From assembly GCA_964016885.1 (NCBI GenBank), contig OZ024742.1, forward strand, positions 374,046,001 to 374,110,000: a DNA stretch of 64,000 nt. The letters run 5' to 3'. Each line of letters begins with the position of its first letter. Within the stretch, counting starts at the first letter, position 1. The notes under the pieces are model-generated. The model searched no databases, had not been told where the DNA came from, and was given only the letters and a program-made list of their open reading frames with translations. The position numbers were made by a program, and so were the translations under genes. This stretch comes from Eledone cirrhosa (Eukaryota). Positions 8,371 to 24,299 of this stretch are shown piece after piece.

Positions 8371-8521
8371 TGTATGTGTGGACCCATAACTCCTGAGTCG
8401 TAGAGACAACATATTGACATGCAGCGTTTCTAAGGCATTTTTAAACCAGGCAGAGCCCATCCCCTTTCCAGGTCTGAAACACTGCAGATTTTTTTGAGAG
8501 AAAGAAAGTGAGACATAGCAG

Positions 8522-8585
8522 AAGAATCGACCCCAGTCATAAATTGGTACATTTTTATCAACCTTAAATGGATGAAAGGCAAAAA
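8522..8585 (-). mobile_element. Degraded SINE fragment with a Deu/Nin-like domain
   Basis: The reverse complement TTTGCCTTTCATCCATTTAAGGTTGATAAAAATGTACCA resembles the Deu-domain motif GCCTTTCATCCTT..GGTCGATAAAATGAGTACC (recalled). Related to 10058-10071. Confidence 0.5.
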
Positions 8586-8685
8586 TCCTTTCATGACCAT
8601 ATTTCTAATAAAATACACTGCCTGTGGTTTTGAAATAATTTCGAAAACCAAAAATTGCAGGAGCTGGTGCAGTAATCCTTCTGCT

Positions 8686-8813
8686 TCATCATCGTTATCA
8701 TTTAATGTCCATCTTCCATGCTAGCATGAGTAGGATGGGTTGACCCTTAGTGAAAGAATCAGGTCAGAGGACCATGTTTAACTGAATCAGGGCAGATTGT
8801 CTAGGTTTCTACA
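8686..8813 (-). mobile_element. Degraded 3' tail of the (GAT)n-tailed LINE/SINE family
   Basis: TCATCATCGTTATCATTTAATGTCCATCTTCCATGCTAGCATGAG...GGTTTCTACAG is the reverse complement of the family terminus. Confidence 0.65.
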
Positions 8814-8879
8814 GGTGTTGTTTATTAGATATATGCCTCAGCTCAAGCATATGGGAGGGCAGGTCTTCTGTAGTACTGC

Positions 8880-9458
8880 ATTTGGTAATCAAAAGAAGGA
8901 AATTAGGTGTATAAAACAAACTCACTATCTTTAATTCAGTATTCGGGCCTACCATTACCTACGGTCATAAATCTTGGGTAATGACTGAAAGAATACGATT
9001 ACAAATATAAGTGGCCGAAATGGGATTCCTCCGAAGGATCTTTGGGGTAACATTACTCGATAGAGTACATTGCTCAGAGATCAATGATTCACTCTAAGTA
9101 GAGACACTACTTCTCCAAATTGAGAGATCACAGCTCCGATACTATATACATGTGGTTAGAGTGTCTCAGGAAAGAATCACTGGACAGATTTTATGAGCAA
9201 AACCAACCGGCAGGTGACCCAAGGGTAGACCCCGAGCAAGATGGTTGAATAATATCCATGAGCTTAGAGATGGTTGCTTCAGATGGGACCTGCTGGAAGG
9301 AGTGTTTAAGGACTCTGCTCCCACAACACTCTCAGGAAGAAGAAGAAGAAGAAGAAGAAGAAGAAGAAGAAGAAGAAGAAGAAGAAGAAGAAGAAGAAGA
9401 AGAAGAAGAAGAAGAAGAAGAAGAAGAAGAAGAAGAAGAAGAAGAAGAAGAAGAAGAA
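8880..9458 (+). pseudogene. Degenerate 3' part of a Rex3/Expander-like RTE LINE with a (GAA)n tail
   Basis: Translation KLTIFNSVFGPTITYGHKSWVMTERIRLQI*VAEMGFLRRIFGVTLLDRV...LLLQIERSQLRYYIHV...PTGR*PKGRPRARW...LRTLLP follows the Rex3-type C-terminus. Several stops and a deletion. Confidence 0.8.
9336..9458 (+). repeat. (GAA)41 perfect trinucleotide tract
   Basis: 123 bp, uninterrupted. Confidence 0.95.
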
Positions 9459-9499
9459 GGGCCTTATAAAGATTCTTATGTAAAATTGTGATGGCAGGT

Positions 9500-9588
9500 T
9501 TTTTAGATGACCATAAACATTTTAAAACAAAAATTTTTTATTACAGAACCAGAATTGGTTTCAGGCGTTTTGGTATAAAAAGGGTTAA
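9500..9588. mobile_element. Possible single end of a TTAA-type (piggyBac-like) MITE
   Basis: Ends in AAAAGGGTTAA, the reverse complement of TTAA-CCCTTTT. No partner TIR found. Confidence 0.25.
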
Positions 9589-9984
9589 TCAAGGAAGGGC
9601 ACATTGGACAATGTAGTGCTAGATATCCCTAAAGTACAAGACAGACATGGACAGAATTCTTTGAGAATTAATTTCAGATGTTTAACAGTATGGTGTATTT
9701 ATCGAAATTTGTGGAAATCATGAAGAATTATATGAATAGTTCATCATTAATTCTTAATATCCTGCAATGATTTAGTAGAAAATATCTAAAAACAAGTTTA
9801 TTAATTCAAATATCTATATCTTTCCAAAAATTTGCAGTATTATAGTAAAGACTTTACTATTTAATGTGATGTAATTGTAGTATTGTTTTGTACTTTTGAA
9901 GAATGTCTTGCTAATGCAGTTTCATGTGGTAGATAATGTTAAGAGTTGATATACATGATAGAGAGCAAATGGACAGATTCATTA

Positions 9985-10071
9985 GAAGGTCAGATGGAAT
10001 GCCTTGTGGTATTTGTTCTGGCCCTCTGTACTCCGAGTTCAAATCCTGCTGAAGTCAACTTTGCCTTTCAT
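9985..10071 (+). mobile_element. Degraded tRNA-SINE head fragment
   Basis: B-box-like GAGTTCAAATCC followed by GTCAACTTTGCCTTTCAT, the same family as 8522-8585. Confidence 0.5.
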
Positions 10072-10209
10072 ATTTCTCTTCTTCTCTGGAAGAACTTGGC
10101 TATGTTCAGACCTGAGGCTCCACCATCTTTAAAATGTCCCAGAAATGCTGTATGTCACTATAGTGCCCCTACAATTCCATCAGGAGCTACAGGTCTTATA
10201 TATATTATA

Positions 10210-10433
10210 CAGGGTGAGCATAAAGTCTTTGACACCAAACAACACTGAGCTTTTTGTTTCATAGATGCCATTTTGATACTGAAAATTCCAACAACTTCCT
10301 GTAGAAGAGAAAACTACAACTACTTCCTGTAGAAGAGAAAATGTAAAACATGTTCAGAAAAACTTTATACTAGAAATTTATAAATTAAAACAATGAAAAA
10401 GTAAAATCAGGGAAAGACTTTATGCTCACCCTT
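10210..10433. mobile_element. Tc1/mariner-type MITE, 224 bp
   Basis: TA|CAGGGTGAGCATAAAGTCTTT...AAAGACTTTATGCTCACCCTT|TA. 20-bp perfect TIR with a terminal mismatch and TA flanks. Internal 20-bp direct repeat ACTTCCTGTAGAAGAGAAAA at 10294 and 10322. Confidence 0.85.
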
Positions 10434-11054
10434 TACTTCTACATGGTAACCCTTATAAAAAGTGACTTGTACCAAAGCAAAAACAATTCTATATTTTATA
10501 ATCAGTTAATATATATGTGAACTTATTTATCTGCAGTTTTATTCATCTTGTTTGTCTATTCACTTTTTTTTTATTTATTAGTTTACTAAAGTAAGTCTGT
10601 TGTATTGCACTGTTCAAACTTTGACCCATAGTATATAGTAACATGCTATTAACTACTACAGTTAGCATATAATTACAATGCTCTCAAGATTATTTTTCTT
10701 CTTCATAAGCCAAAAGTATTTCAGTTCCAGTGATTCAAATAACATATAAACTTGCTAATTACAGGCAGTGAGTAACAAGTTAAAAAGTAAGTGTTTAGAG
10801 GCAGCAGATCTGGTTAAATAACAAGCAAGAAACTGCTTTCATTGGCAATATGGAAGGAATGTAGGTGATAAGTAAATTTGATTATAGTTTCTCAACACAA
10901 ACTTTGCCCTGTCACTAAACAGCAGTAGATTATTAAAAACTGTAGCTTCTCTAAATAACCATTTGACTTCAGCATGTGTCAAGTTTGTGTGTTTAATTTT
11001 CATCTGTATATATCTCCTCGCTTGTAAGCTCCTCTCTACTAAATTTTGAACAAC

Positions 11055-11341
11055 AAAGAATGTATGAGCTGAAAGAAAAAACTGGGTATAAGAGGAATCA
11101 GATGTAATGTGTAAGAGAGAAGACTGCATTGGTACAGGCATGTGATGAGTATGGATGATGATCCTTGGGTGAAGAAGTGCCAAGAAATTCCACTGGAAGG
11201 ACGTTGCAGTAGAGGCAGCCCTGAACTGAGGTAGTGAAAGCTGATTTCAAATTGATGAAGTTCACAAAGGAGATGATAAAGGAATGCAATCATTGTAAGA
11301 AAGCTTTGCTGGAAAAAACCTGTCCAACATATGCATAGAAA
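11055..11341 (+). pseudogene. Old degenerate 3' end of an RTE LINE related to subfamilies A/B
   Basis: ELKEKLGIRGIRCNV*ERRLHWYRHVMSMDDDPWVKKC...EGRCSRGSP aligns with the A/B C-terminus. Confidence 0.8.
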
Positions 11342-11830
11342 ATCATCATCATCACTGTTTAATGTCTATTTTCCCTGTTTATATGGGTTAAATGGTTATC
11401 ACATACCTGAGGCTATACTAATCAGGTGACCACATCGTGCTAGTATATTCGATTAATTTGGCTTGATTTCTACACCTGGATTGCTTTTCCTAACATGAAT
11501 GTACTGGTAGGATGGTTTCTATGGCTGGATGCGCTTCCTAACACTTACAGCATGTATTGGGAGCATTTTATTGTGACTCCAGCACTACCACCTTACAGTA
11601 TGGACTGGGTGCTTTTTGTCATGGCACCAGCACTACCACCTTACAAGCCGTTCTCAGGGAGATTCAGCGTGACAATGTGTGACAAAGCTGGCTCTTTGAA
11701 TTACAGGTACAACTCATTTTTGCCAGCTAAGTGGACTGGAGCAAAGTGCTGAAGGACACAATACACTAGCAGGAATCAAGCTCACAATCTTTCGATCATG
11801 AGCTGAAAACGTGAGTCAGTAAGCCATGTG
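11342..11830 (-). mobile_element. Degraded CORE-type SINE with (GAT)n tail and internally duplicated tail modules (possibly composite)
   Basis: (CAT)n at 11342-11354. Two copies of TTTCTA...CTGGAT...TTCCTAACA and two of CCAGCACTACCACCTTACA. CORE-like CTCATTTTTGCCAGCTAAGTGGACTGGAGCAA, and head TAAGCCATGTG. Confidence 0.65.
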
Positions 11831-11857
11831 TTGTCACTAGTCTATGGAATCACATTT

Positions 11858-12185
11858 ACTAGTGGTAAAGGTGTCGAACTTATGATCATAATGTAGTGGG
11901 TTCAATTACTGGACTGGGTTGTGTCTTGAGCAAAACACTTTATTTTATGTTGCTCCAGTATACTCAGCTGAAAATGAGTACCAACAATAGCTGGGTGTTT
12001 AACCCTGCAAAGGACTGGTGTCCTGTCCATGGGGGAGTCTTGTACTCTGTGTCACTTCACATCATGGAAACCAGGATAAGCACTGGCCTGATAAGCAGCT
12101 TGGCTTCATACAAGGTTTAAGCCCGTGACGGACTGGTGACCTGATCAGTGGGGAGTCTGGTACTCTTAGTAGCTTCACACCACAT
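11858..12185 (+). mobile_element. Degraded tRNA/CORE-type SINE with a different tail, plus a partial tail duplication
   Basis: AGTGGTAAAG...GGGTTCAATTAC, CORE-like CTTGAGCAAAACACTTTATTTTATGTTGCTCCAG, and tail CCCTGCAAAGGACTGGTGTCCTGTCCATGGGGGAG. 12116-12180 repeats 11998-12061 imperfectly. Confidence 0.65.
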
Positions 12186-12362
12186 ATGTTACAGTATATA
12201 TAATTTCGAGACTAGGCGTAGGTAGTAATCTAACCGCTGCCATGCTAGTTGATATATCGATCTTCTACGATCAATCGACACACTGAAACGATCGTAAAAC
12301 AATGAACTAATTAACTATCTACCTCTGACTTCTGTCTTGTTTTCATTGTTCTGTACACAAAC

Positions 12363-15300
12363 ACATATATAACATATATAACATATATAACATATAATAT
12401 ATATAACATATAACATATATAATATAATAACATATATAACATATAATATGTATAACATATATAACATATATAACATATATAACATATATAATATATATAA
12501 CATATATAACATATATAACATATATAACATATATAATATATATAACATATATAACATATATAACATATATAATATATATAACATATATAACATATATAAC
12601 ATATATAACATATATAATATATATAACATATATAACATATATAACATATATAACATATATAATATATATAACATATATAACATATATAATATATATAACT
12701 TATATAACATATATAACATATAATATATATAACATATAACATATATAATATGTATAACATATATAACATACAACATATATAACATATATAACATATATTA
12801 CATATAACATATATAACATATATAACATATATAACATATAACCTATATGACATATAGAACATATAACATATAGAACATATAACATATATATAACATATAT
12901 AACATATATAGCATATAACATATATAAAATATAACATAATATATATTACATATATAATATATATAAAATATATAACGTATATAACATATATAACATATAA
13001 CATATATAACATATAATATATATATAATATATATAAGATATATAACATATAAAATATATTATATAACATATATAACATATAGAACATATAACATATATAA
13101 CATATATAACATATAACATATATAACATATAACATATATAATATATATAACGTATATAACATATGACAAATATAAAATGTATAACATATATAACATATAT
13201 AACATATATAAAATATATAACATATACCATATATAACATATAACATATATAACATATATAACATATATAACATATATAACATATATAACATATATAACAT
13301 ATAACATATATAACATATAGCATATATAACATATATAACATATATAAAATATATAAAATATAACATATATAACATATAAAATATATATAACATATATAAC
13401 ATATATAACATATATAACATATAACATATATAACATATATTATATATAACATATATAACATATATAACATATATAACATATTACATATATAACATATAGA
13501 ACATATAACATATATATAACATATATAACATATATGACATATAACATATATAACATATAGAAAATATAACATATATAATATATATAACATATATAACATA
13601 TATAATATATATAACATATATAATATATATAAAATATATAATATATATAACATATATAATATATATAAAATATATAATATATAACATATAACGTACGTAA
13701 TATATAACATATATAACATATATAACATATAACATATATAACATATATAAAATATATAACATATATAACATATATAACATATATAACATATATAACATAT
13801 AATATATATAACATATAACAAATATAACATATATAGCATATATAATATATATAACATATAACAAATAAAACATATAACATATAACATATATATATAACAT
13901 ATATAACATATAACATATATAATATATAACAGATATAACATATATAACATATAGAAATATAACATATATAATATATATAACATATATAACATATATAATA
14001 TATATAACATATATAATATATATAAAATATATAATATATATAACATATATAATATATATAAAATATATAACATATAACATATAACGTACGTAATATATAA
14101 CATATATAACATATATAATATATAACATATATAACATATATAACATATATAATATATATAACATATATAACATATATAACATGTATAACATATATAACAT
14201 ACGTAATATATAACATATATAACATATATAACATATATAATATATATAACATATATAATATATATAAAATATATAACATATATAACATATATAACATATA
14301 ACATATATAACATATAACATATAACATATATAACATATATAAAATATATAACATATATAACATATAATATATAACATATAACATATATAACATATATAAT
14401 ATATAACATATAACGTACGTAATATATGACATATATAACATATATAATATATAACATATATAACATATATAACATATAGAAAATATAACATATATAATAT
14501 ATATAACATATATAATATATATAAAATATATAACATATATAACATATATAATATATAACATATATAACATATAACATATAACATATATAACATACATATA
14601 ATATATAACATATAACATATATAATATATAACATATAACATATATAATATATAGCATATTTATCATATATAACATATATAACATATATAACATATATAGC
14701 ATATAACATATATAACATATAACATATAACATATATAACATATATAAAATATATAACATATAACATATATAATATATAACATATAACATATATAACATAT
14801 ATAACATATATAACATGTATAACATATATAACATATATGACATAACATATATAACAACATATATAAAATATATAACATATATAACATATAATATATAGCA
14901 TATATAACATATAACATATAACATATATAACATATATAATATATAACATATAACATATAACATATATAATATATATAACATATAACATATAACATATATA
15001 ACATATATAAGATATAACATATATAACATATAACATATAACATATATAACATATAACATATAACATATAACATATATAACATATATAATATATAACATAA
15101 CATATAACATATACGACATATATAATATATATAACATATATAACATATATAACATATATAACATATAACATATATAACATATATAACATATAACATATAA
15201 CATATAACATATATAACATATATAATATATATAACATATATAACATATATAACATATATAACATATATAACATATATAACATATATTACATATATAATAT

Positions 15301-15390
15301 ATAACATATATAACATATAACATATAATATATATAACATATATAACATATAACATATAACATTTATAACATATATAACATATATCACATA
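12363..15390. repeat. AT-rich satellite, block 1 (TATATAACA / TATAACA / TATATAATA units)
   Basis: Read directly: 7-, 9- and 11-bp variants, with G nearly absent on the + strand. Confidence 0.97.
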
Positions 15391-15968
15391 TCTATCTATC
15401 TAAGGCGGGTAAAATTCCCGAGATCCATGGACGAGTTCTCTCCAGCGGTCTCTGTCCCTCATTATCGCTGCCATGTCCTGCATCTCCAACAGACCAGTGT
15501 CTGGCGTTAGGGCATCAACATACGTTAACCTTGGACTTCCTCTTCTAGTGTGTCCATGTAGGGGCTCCCAAAGGAGTACTGAGTGCAATGTCAACTCTGG
15601 ATGTCGGTGAGCATGTCCAGCTAACCTCAGTCTCCTCTGTGTCACTTTTGAGCTGACTTTTGGGATGCTCCCATACAAAAAAATATCTGGTAGAGAATGT
15701 CGAGAAGCCAGAGGGGATCACTAATGTAGGCGGGAAGCCGCTGGAATTGGTTGAGGACTTCCTGTATTTGGGAGCAAAGATTGGGAATACGGAGGATGAT
15801 GTGGTTGAGAGGAAGAGCAAGGCCTCTTCATTGCTGTAGTGGAGTCTGTGCTGCTGTATGGGTCTGAGACTTGGACACTGACCAAGAAACTCACTCAGAT
15901 GGTGGATGGGTGCTACACGAGAATGCTGAGGATGGCTCTGAACATTAATCAGTATACATGAGGATGAA
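15390..15968 (-). mobile_element. Truncated RTE-clade LINE (third family, (GATA)n tail) with an inverted 5' part
   Basis: Minus 15400-15678 encodes LYGSIPKVS...RRLRLAGH...RRGSPRLTY...RDRDRWR..* followed by ATAGATAGATA. Plus ~15690-15960 encodes LELVEDFLYLGAKI and ESVLLYGSETWTLT...RMLRMALNI, which lie upstream in RTE proteins. Confidence 0.85.
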
Positions 15969-16399
15969 ATATAACATATAAGATATATAATATATAACAT
16001 ATATTGCATATATAACATATATAACATATAACATATATAACATATAAAATATAGCATGTATAACATATATAACATATAACATATATAACATATATAACAT
16101 TTATAACATATACCATATATAACATATAACATATATAATATATAACATATATAACATATAGAACATATAACATATATAATATATATAACATATATAACAT
16201 ATACCATATATAACATATAACATATATAATATATAACATATATAACATATAACATATATAACATATATAATATATAACATATATAACATATATAACATAT
16301 AACATATATATAACATATATAACATATAACATATAACATATATAACATATATAATATATATAACATATAACATATATAATATATAACATATATAACATA

Positions 16400-19300
16400 T
16401 ATAACATATATAACATATAGAAAATATAACATATATAACATATATAACATATATAACATATAACATATATCACATATATAACATATAACATATATAATAT
16501 ATAGCATATTTATCATATATAACATATATAACATATATAGCATATAACATATATAACATATAACATATAACATATATAACATATATAACATATATAACAT
16601 ATATAACATATATAACATATATAACATATATAACAACATATATAACATATATAACATATATAACATATATAATATATAACATATATAACATATATAACAT
16701 ATAACATATAACATATATAACATATAACATATAACATACACAACATATACAACATATAACATATAACATATAACATATGTAACATATATAATATATAACA
16801 TATAACATATAACATATATAACATATATAACATGTAACATATAACATATATAACATATAACATATAACATATAACATACACAACATATATAACATATAAC
16901 ATATATAACATATAACATATAATATATAACATATATAACATATATAACATATATAACATATATAACATATATAACATATAACATATATAATATATAACAT
17001 ATATAACATATAACATATATAACATATAACATATATAACATATATAACATATAACATATATAACATATATAACATATATAATATATATAGCATATAATAT
17101 ATATAACATATAACATATAACATATATAACATATATAATATATAACATATAACATATAACATATATAACATATATAACATATAACATATAACATATGACA
17201 TATATAACATATATAACATATAACATATAACATATATAACATATAACATATAACATATATAACATATAACATATATAACATATATAACATATAACATATA
17301 TAACATACAACATATATAACATATATAACATATAACATATAACATATATAACATATATAATATATAACATATTTAACATATATAATATATATAACATATA
17401 TAACATATATAACATATATAACATATAATATATATAATGTATAACATATATAATATATATAACATATATAACATACAACATATATAACATATATAACATA
17501 TATAACATATATAACATATATAACATATAACATATAACATATATAACATATATAACATATAACATATATAACATATATAACATATATAACATATATAACA
17601 TATATCACATATATAATATATATAGCATATAACATATATAACATATAACATATAACATATATAACATATATAACATATATAACATATAGAACATATAACA
17701 TATATATAACATATATAATATATATATAACATATATAACATATATAACATATAACATATATAATATATGACGTATATAACATATAGAACATATAACATAT
17801 ATAATATATATAACATATATAACATATCACTTATATAATATATATAACATATAACATATATAATATATAACATATATAACATATAACATATATAACATAT
17901 ATAATATTTAAGATATATAAGATATATAACATATATAACATATAACATATATAATATATAAAATATATAACATATATAACATATATAACATATAACATAT
18001 ATAACATATATAACATATATAATATATATAACATGTATGACATATAACATATATAACATATATAATATGTAACATATGAAACATATATAACATATAACAT
18101 ATATATAACATATATAACATATAATATATAACATATAACATATATAACATATATAATATATAACATATAACGTACGTAATATATAACATATATAATATAT
18201 AACATATATAACATATATAACAAATAACATATATAACATATATAACATATAATATATATAATATATATTATTTATAACATATAGAACATATAACATATAA
18301 TATATATAACATATATAACATATATAATATATATAACATGTATGACATATAACATATATAACATATATAATATGTAACATATAAAACGTATATAACATAT
18401 AACATATATATAACATATATAACATATAATATATAACATATAACATATATAACATATATAATATATAACATATAACGTACGTAATATATAACATATATAA
18501 CATATATAACATATATAATATATAACATATATAACATATATAACAAATAACATATATAACATATATAACATATAACATATATAATATATATTATTTATAA
18601 CATATAGATCATATAACATATAATATATATAACATATATAACATATGACATATATAACATATATAACATATAACATATATAATATATAACATATATAACA
18701 TATAACATATATAAGATATATAATATATAACATATATATAACATATATAACATATAATATTTAACATATAATATATATGACATATAATATATAAGACATA
18801 ACATATATAATATATAACATATATAACATATAACATATATAACATATATAACATATATAATATATAACATATATAACATATAGAACATATAACATATATA
18901 ATATATATAACATATATAACATGTGAAATATATAACATATATAACATATAACATATATAAAATATAACATATATAATATATAACATATATAAGATATAAC
19001 ATATATAACATATATAATATATAACATATGTAACATATATAACATATAACATATATAACATATATAACATATAATATATAACATATAATATATAACATAT
19101 ATAACATATAAAACATATAACATATCACATATATAACATATATAACATATAACATATATAACATATATTACATATATAACATATAACATATATGACATAT
19201 AACATATATAAAATATATAACATATAATATATAAAACATACAACATATATAACATATATAAAATATATAACATATATAACATATAACATATAACATATAA

Positions 19301-22300
19301 CATATATAAAATATATAATATATAAAATATAACATATAACATATATAACATATATAATATATATAACATATAACATATATAATATATAACATATATAACA
19401 TATATAACATATATAACATATATAACATATAGAAAATATAACATATATAACATATATAACATATAACATATATCACATATATAACATATAACATATATAA
19501 TATATAGCATATTTATCATATATAACATATATAACATATATAGCATATAACATATATAACATATAACATATAACATATATAACATATATAACATATATAA
19601 CATATATAACATATATAACATATATAACAACATATATAATATATATAACATATATAACATATATAATATATAACATATATAACATATATAACATATAACA
19701 TATAACATATATAACATATAACATATAACATACACAACATATACAACATATAACATAACATATAACATATGTAACATATATAATATATAACATATAACAT
19801 ATAACATATATAACATATATAACATGTAACATATAACATATATAACATATAACATATAACATATAACATACACAACATATATAACATATAACATATATAA
19901 CATATAACATATAATATATAACATATATAACATATATAACATATATAACATATATAACATATATAACATATATAACATATAACATATATAATATATAACA
20001 TATATAACATATAACATATATAACATATAACATATATAACATATATAACATATAACATATATAACATATATAACATATATAATATATATAGCATATAATA
20101 TATATAACATATAACATATAACATATATAACATATATAATATATAACATATAACATATAACATATATAACATATATAACATATAACATATAACATATGAC
20201 ATATATAACATATATAACATATAACATATAACATATATAACATATAACATATAACATATATAACATATAACATATATAACATATATAACATATAACATAT
20301 ATAACATACAACATATATAACATATATAACATATAACATATAACATATATAACATATATAATATATAACATATATAACATATATAATATATATAACATAT
20401 ATAACATATATAACATATATAACATATAATATATATAATGTATAACATATATAATATATATAACATATATAACATACAACATATATAACATATATAACAT
20501 ATATTACATATATAACATATATAACATATAACATATAACATATATAACATATATAACAAATAACATATATAACATATATAACATATATAACATATGTAAC
20601 ATATATCACATATATAATATATATAGCATATAACATATATAACATATAACATATAACATATATAACATATATAACATATATAACATATAGAACATATAAC
20701 ATATATATAACATATATAATATATATATAACATATATAACATATATAACATATAACATATATAATATATGACGTATATAACATATAGAACATATAACATA
20801 TATAATATATATAACATATCACTTATATAATATATATAACATATAACATATATAATATATAACATATATAACATATAACATATATAACATATATAATATA
20901 TAAGATATATAACATATATAACATATATAACATATAACATATATAATATATAAAATATATAACATATATAACATATATAACATATAACATATATAACATA
21001 TATAACATATATAATATATATAACATGTATGACATATAACATATATAACATATATAATATGTAACATATGAAACATATATAACATATAACATATATATAA
21101 CATATATAACATATAATATATAACATATAACATATATAACATATATAATATATAACATATAACGTACGTAATATATAACATATATAACATATATAATATA
21201 TAACATATATAACATATATAACAAATAACATATATAACATATATAACATATAATATATATAATATATATTATTTATAACATATAGAACATATAACATATA
21301 ATATATATAACATATATAACATATATAATATATATAACATGTATGACATATAACATATATAACATATATAATATGTAACATATAAAACATATATAACATA
21401 TAACATATATATAACATATATAACATATAATATATAACATATAACATATATAACATATATAATATATAACATATAACGTACGTAATATATAACATATATA
21501 ACATATATAACATATATAATATATAACATATATAACATATATAACAAATAACATATATAACATATATAACATATAACATATATAATATATATTATTTATA
21601 ACATATAGATCATATAACATATAATATATATAACATATATAACATATGACATATATAACATATATAACATATAACATATATAATATATAACATATATAAC
21701 ATATAACATATATAAGATATATAATATATAACATATATATAACATATATAACATATAATATTTAACATATAATATATATGACATATAATATATAAGACAT
21801 AACATATATAATATATAACATATATAACATATAACATATATAACATATATAACATATGTAATATATAACATATATAACATATAGAACATATAACATATAT
21901 AATATATATAACATATATAACATGTGAAATATATAACATATATAACATATAACATATATAAAATATAACATATATAATATATAACATATATAGATATAAC
22001 ATATATAACATATATAATATATAACATATGTAACATATATAACATATAACATATATAACATATATAACATATAATATATAACATATAATATATAACATAT
22101 ATAACATATAAAACATATAACATATCACATATATAACATATATAACATATAACATATATAACATATATTACATATATAACATATAACATATATGACATAT
22201 AACATATATAAAATATATAACATATAATATATAAAACATACAACATATATAACATATATAAAATATATAACATATATAACATATAACATATAACATATAA

Positions 22301-22370
22301 CATATATAAAATATATAATATATAAAATATAACATATAACATATATAACATATATAATATATATAACGTA
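16400..22370. repeat. Tandem duplication of a ~3.0-kb satellite segment (edges approximate)
   Basis: Matching ORF ends at 16470/19473, 16513/19516, 18272/21273 and 18595/21596. Marker TAGATC near 18606 and 21607. Confidence 0.85.
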
Positions 22371-24299
22371 TAACATATAACATATATAACATATATAATA
22401 TATATAACATATATAACATGTATAACATATATAACATATAATATATATAACATATAACATATATAATATATATAACATATATAACATAAAACATATATAA
22501 CATAAATAACATAAATAACATATATAACATATATAATATATATAACATATATAACATACATAACATATATAACATATATAACATATATAACATATGTAAC
22601 ATATATAACATACATGACATATGTAACATATATAACATATATAGCATATAATATATATAACATATATAACATATTACATATATAGCATATATAACATATA
22701 TAACATATAACATATATAACATATAAAACATATAACATATATAACATACAACATATATAACACATATAATATATATAACATATAACATATATAACATATA
22801 TAACATATATAACATATCACATATATAACATATATAACATATATAACATATAACATATATAATATATATAACATATATAACATATACCATATATAACATA
22901 TAACATATATAATATATAACATATATAACATATAACATATATAACATATATAATATATAACATATATAACATATATAACATATAACATATATATAACATA
23001 TATAACATATAACATATAACATATATAACATATATAACATATATAACATATATAACATATAGAAAATATAACATATATAACATATACAACATATATAACA
23101 TATAACATATATCACATATATAACATATAACATATATAATATATAGCATATTTATCATATATAACATATATAACATATATAGCATATAGCATATATAACA
23201 TATAACATATAACATATAACATATATAACATATATAACATATATAACATATAGAACATATAACATATATAACATATATAACATATATAACATATATAACA
23301 TATAAGATATATAACATATATAACATATAACATATATAGCATACAACATATATAACATATATAATATATATAACATATAACATATATAACATATATAACA
23401 TATATAACATATCACATATATAACATATATAACATATATAACATATAACATATATAATATATAAAATATATAACATATAAAACATATATCACATATATAG
23501 TATATAAAATATATAACATATATAACATATAACATATATAACATATAACATATATAACATATATAATACATATCATATATATAACATATATAACATATAT
23601 AACATGTATAACATATAACATATATCACATATATAACATATAACATATATAATATATATAACACATAACATATATAACATATATAACATATAACATATAT
23701 AACAACATATATAACATATATAACATATATAACATATAACATATATAACAACATATATAACATATATAACATATATAACATATAATATATAACATATATA
23801 ACATATATAACATATATAACATATATAACATATAACATATGACATATATAACATAAAACATATAACATATATAACATATACAACATATAACATATAACAT
23901 ATAACATATATAACATATATAATATATAACATATAACATATAACATATAACATATAACATATAACATATATAACATATAACATATATAACATATAACATA
24001 TAACATATATAACATATAACATAACATATATAACATATATAATATATAATATATAACATATAACATATATAACATATATAATATATATAACATATATAAC
24101 ATATATAACATATATAACATATAACATATAACATATATAACATATAACATATATAACATATATAACATATATAACATATATAACATATAACATATAACAT
24201 ATATAACATATAACATATAACATATATAACATATAACATATAATATTTATAACATATATAACATATATAACTTATAACATATATAATATATAACATATA

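Noticed and set aside
9245-9491. Poly-Arg and poly-Glu ORFs
   Set aside because: Translations of (GAA)41 attached to a decayed LINE end.
10773-10792. Possible microexon or splice signals in this area (CTAATTACAG-GCA-GTGAGT lies just upstream, 10755-10773)
   Set aside because: No polypyrimidine tract, the putative branch point is too close to the AG, and there is no gene context.
10839-11183. 114-aa minus-strand ORF as a host exon
   Set aside because: The first part is antisense to a LINE remnant and the rest has no recognisable motif. It cannot be supported without homology or RNA data.
12266-12296. Short inverted repeat TACGATC...GATCGTA near the satellite edge
   Set aside because: A 7-bp stem with a long loop is compatible with chance.
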